64,000 bases of DNA from Lingula anatina. Taxonomy: Eukaryota; Animalia; Brachiopoda. Location of the stretch: positions 15,872,001 through 15,936,000 of the forward strand of contig CM120640.1 in NCBI GenBank assembly GCA_051362555.1, written 5' to 3'. Shown piece by piece: positions 63,408 to 64,000 of this stretch. The position numbers and the translations under genes were made by a program. Each line of letters opens with the position of its first letter. Within the stretch, counting starts at the first letter, position 1. The notes beneath the pieces were generated by a model, which made no database searches, had not been told where the DNA came from, and saw only the letters and a list, made by a program, of their open reading frames with translations.

Positions 63408-64000
63408 CTGAAAATAAAATGCAGTATAAATCAAATCTTATCTAACTTGCTTGAACAGCCACACTGCACAGATAGCTTAGCCCTGCAACTTGATTAAAAA
63501 GTTGAGTTAAATGATAACCTTAGTTTCCATTTATACCCCCAGCAGTGCTTGAAGAGAAAGACAAAAATTAGAATGCATTATATACAGATGTATGTATCAT
63601 TCAGTAAAGGATTACAAAGCTTGATTTCATTTTGGAATCATTATTGAACCCTGGTTACTTGTGTCATGTAAAAATAGGTACGTCTGCCAAAAAAGTACTG
63701 TTCTATACGTCTGGCAATTAAGATGAATGAAAATGCAGTAAAATTTGAGTTTGTTCAGGAAAGTTTTATTTCGAAACATATTCAAATAATCTAAATAAAT
63801 TTAGAAATAACTGTAATTTGGTAGTAAAAAAACAAAGGGGTGGCATGTGAGTGATTTAAATGAGACCGTCACCAACTATGTGCTTATGCAAAAACTTGGT
63901 TCCATACTGAAAAAAGAAATTCATCAAAATTATAACGTCAATGTCATCATATCTTTCAAATTTGTGTTTTGAACTTCAACTACTCAGAGTAATTAAATTG

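Overview
AT-rich animal genomic DNA with spliceosomal GT-AG introns; the repeat types suggest an invertebrate, probably a lophotrochozoan or mollusc (inference). Five protein-coding genes were reconstructed by hand with consistent exon phases. (1) The 5' ~2,700 codons of an apolipophorin/apoB-like large lipid transfer protein on the minus strand (ATG 17872, running off the left edge in a >4.2-kb exon that the ORF track misses). (2) HMG-CoA synthase, head-to-head with it on the plus strand (22543-35463), with an SRE plus NF-Y type promoter. (3) An intronless MGAT4/GT54-like gene with degenerate catalytic motifs (36735-38243). (4) A 26-exon uncharacterised LRR-protein gene on the minus strand (40033 to beyond 63407). 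(5) Nested in one of its introns on the same strand, an intronless serpin with a signal peptide, a non-inhibitory hinge and a KDEL-like end (48169-49476). Mobile DNA includes two Helentron-associated (HINE-like) elements with internal tandem arrays that abut, and apparently supply, splice signals, several CAG...CTG MITEs with 5-bp target duplications and a CCC...GGG MITE. The best leads are the ER-type non-inhibitory serpin, in-frame alternative N-terminal exons of HMGCS, the MGAT4 pseudo-enzyme and the TE-donated splice signals.
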